Assembly: GCA_032718475.1 (NCBI GenBank)
Contig: JAUCBJ010003870.1
Span: forward strand, 1 to 64,000
Direction: 5' to 3'
DNA length: 64,000 nucleotides
From: Nemertoderma westbladi
Taxonomy: Eukaryota; Animalia; Xenacoelomorpha
Shown here: in pieces, positions 62,674-64,000 of the stretch
Numbering within the stretch: position 1 is the stretch's first letter
Layout of the letters: each line of letters starts with the position of its first letter
Translations under genes and position numbers: made by a program
Notes under the pieces: generated by a model
Told to the model about the DNA's origin: nothing
The model's input: the letters and a program-made list of their open reading frames with translations, nothing else
The model's database searches: none

Positions 62674-64000
62674 TTCGAATCATCTCAAGTTGCTACTGAA
62701 CTCAAACAACAATACAGTCAGTCAGATAGTGCTTACGCACCCTACCGGTACCGATATAAAAAAGGTAATGTAACTAAAAATGATAAAAAAGGAAATGAAG
62801 TAAAAATGATAAAAAAAAAGGTAATGAAAATACTACAAAAGTAAATTGGCCGATTCTCATATCATTACTTCTATATATCTATTACTGTATTAGCTGATTA
62901 GGCAGTTAGGTGTATTACTACTGTAATACAGTAATATTACAGTATTATATTTATATTATACCTTTTATGCCTATTGTAAATAGGCCTAATACCTGAATAC
63001 TGTAATCAGGTAATACGATAGGCCTACTTCCAGACTGTAATAATCAAATAATAGGCAATAGGCATAGGCATGACATGACAGTATGGGCTGATGGGCTATA
63101 AACAGATAAAGGTCTTTAGGTAGTTTGTTCGGTTTTACACTTGTAATTGTAATTGTAATAGACACTCCAAATAACTGCACGACAAGTAAAAATGCATATA
63201 ACTAACTGCACGCATAAAATATAATATAAATAAATAACATGAGGAAGAAAAACTGGCAATAATTGGACAATTATATTTATGGAGGGAGAAGATAACCCAG
63301 GCAGTAGCTGCACTTATGAGTATCTCAGGTAGATCAATATTAAAACTTAAAAACGTTTCACTCAAAAAGAATGAAAAAAAAATTTTAAAACAAAGTTTAC
63401 TAAAACATATCAATAAAACTAATACGAAACGGGCGGGTCGCTGGGTCGGATTGATAAGTAGTTTCACAGTAGATAGCTCACTTGAACAAACAGACAAAGT
63501 TAAAATTAAAAATAAGGTAAAATTAATTGATATCATAAGAACAAAAACAACAGCTGAACAGAACGAGGCAGGGTGAAATTAATATGTTGCTGTACAGTAG
63601 TTACAGTAAGCACACTACATTACTTTTTACAGTAATCATAATAAACACAACCACTACCTACCTGACTACTGTCACTGTACTAGCGTACCTTACTAGCAGT
63701 GGAAAACTGGTTTCTGGTACCAGGTACGGCTGTATGGCTGTATGGTAATCGGGCAGACGGGTACCATCATCGTGCTACAACTACACAGTACACTACTGCA
63801 GTAGTCAGGTCGTAGCAGAGCAGTGTGGTAGGGGTAGGGGTAGCGAGCACAGAATAAGAATACCAGAATACCCGTACAGCCGTCCCGTACCCAACCCAGT
63901 CTGCTCGTCAGCCCGTGCCGTACAACCACACACAAATAACAGAACAAACCATACTCGCATCGCATCGCAAAGCAAGTATACTCTCGTTGTCAGGTTGTAG

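Overview
AT-rich animal (probably invertebrate) genomic DNA, densely filled with transposable elements. Two host genes are recognisable: a 3.1-kb GC-rich terminal exon of nucleoporin Nup160 (6424-9570, +) and an H/ACA snoRNP assembly factor NAF1 (28263-30383, -). The NAF1 Gar1/Naf1 domain is interrupted by about 33 in-frame 8-aa repeats. The main feature is a complete but decaying 18.6-kb Polinton/Maverick endogenous virus (41729-60316; ~557-bp TIRs, AGT...ACT ends, 6-bp TSD AGTGTT). It carries a packaging ATPase, integrase, two tandem penton-like genes, a core-like protein, major capsid, adenain protease, a DEDD-like protein and pPolB. It also carries accessory genes hidden by stops and frameshifts: a 179-codon two-repeat TATA-binding-protein (TBP)-like gene overlapping the pPolB 3' end, a PC4-like ssDNA-binding/coactivator protein upstream of pPolB, and a RING finger. 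The Polinton lies inside a Mutator-like MITE (9-bp TSD), which itself splits an RTE retrotransposon. The rest of the window holds LINE fragments, one near-complete LINE, three head-to-tail Helentron/HINE-like elements, several MITEs with readable TSDs, a SINE and satellites. All protein assignments come from motif recognition by eye; no database searches were run.
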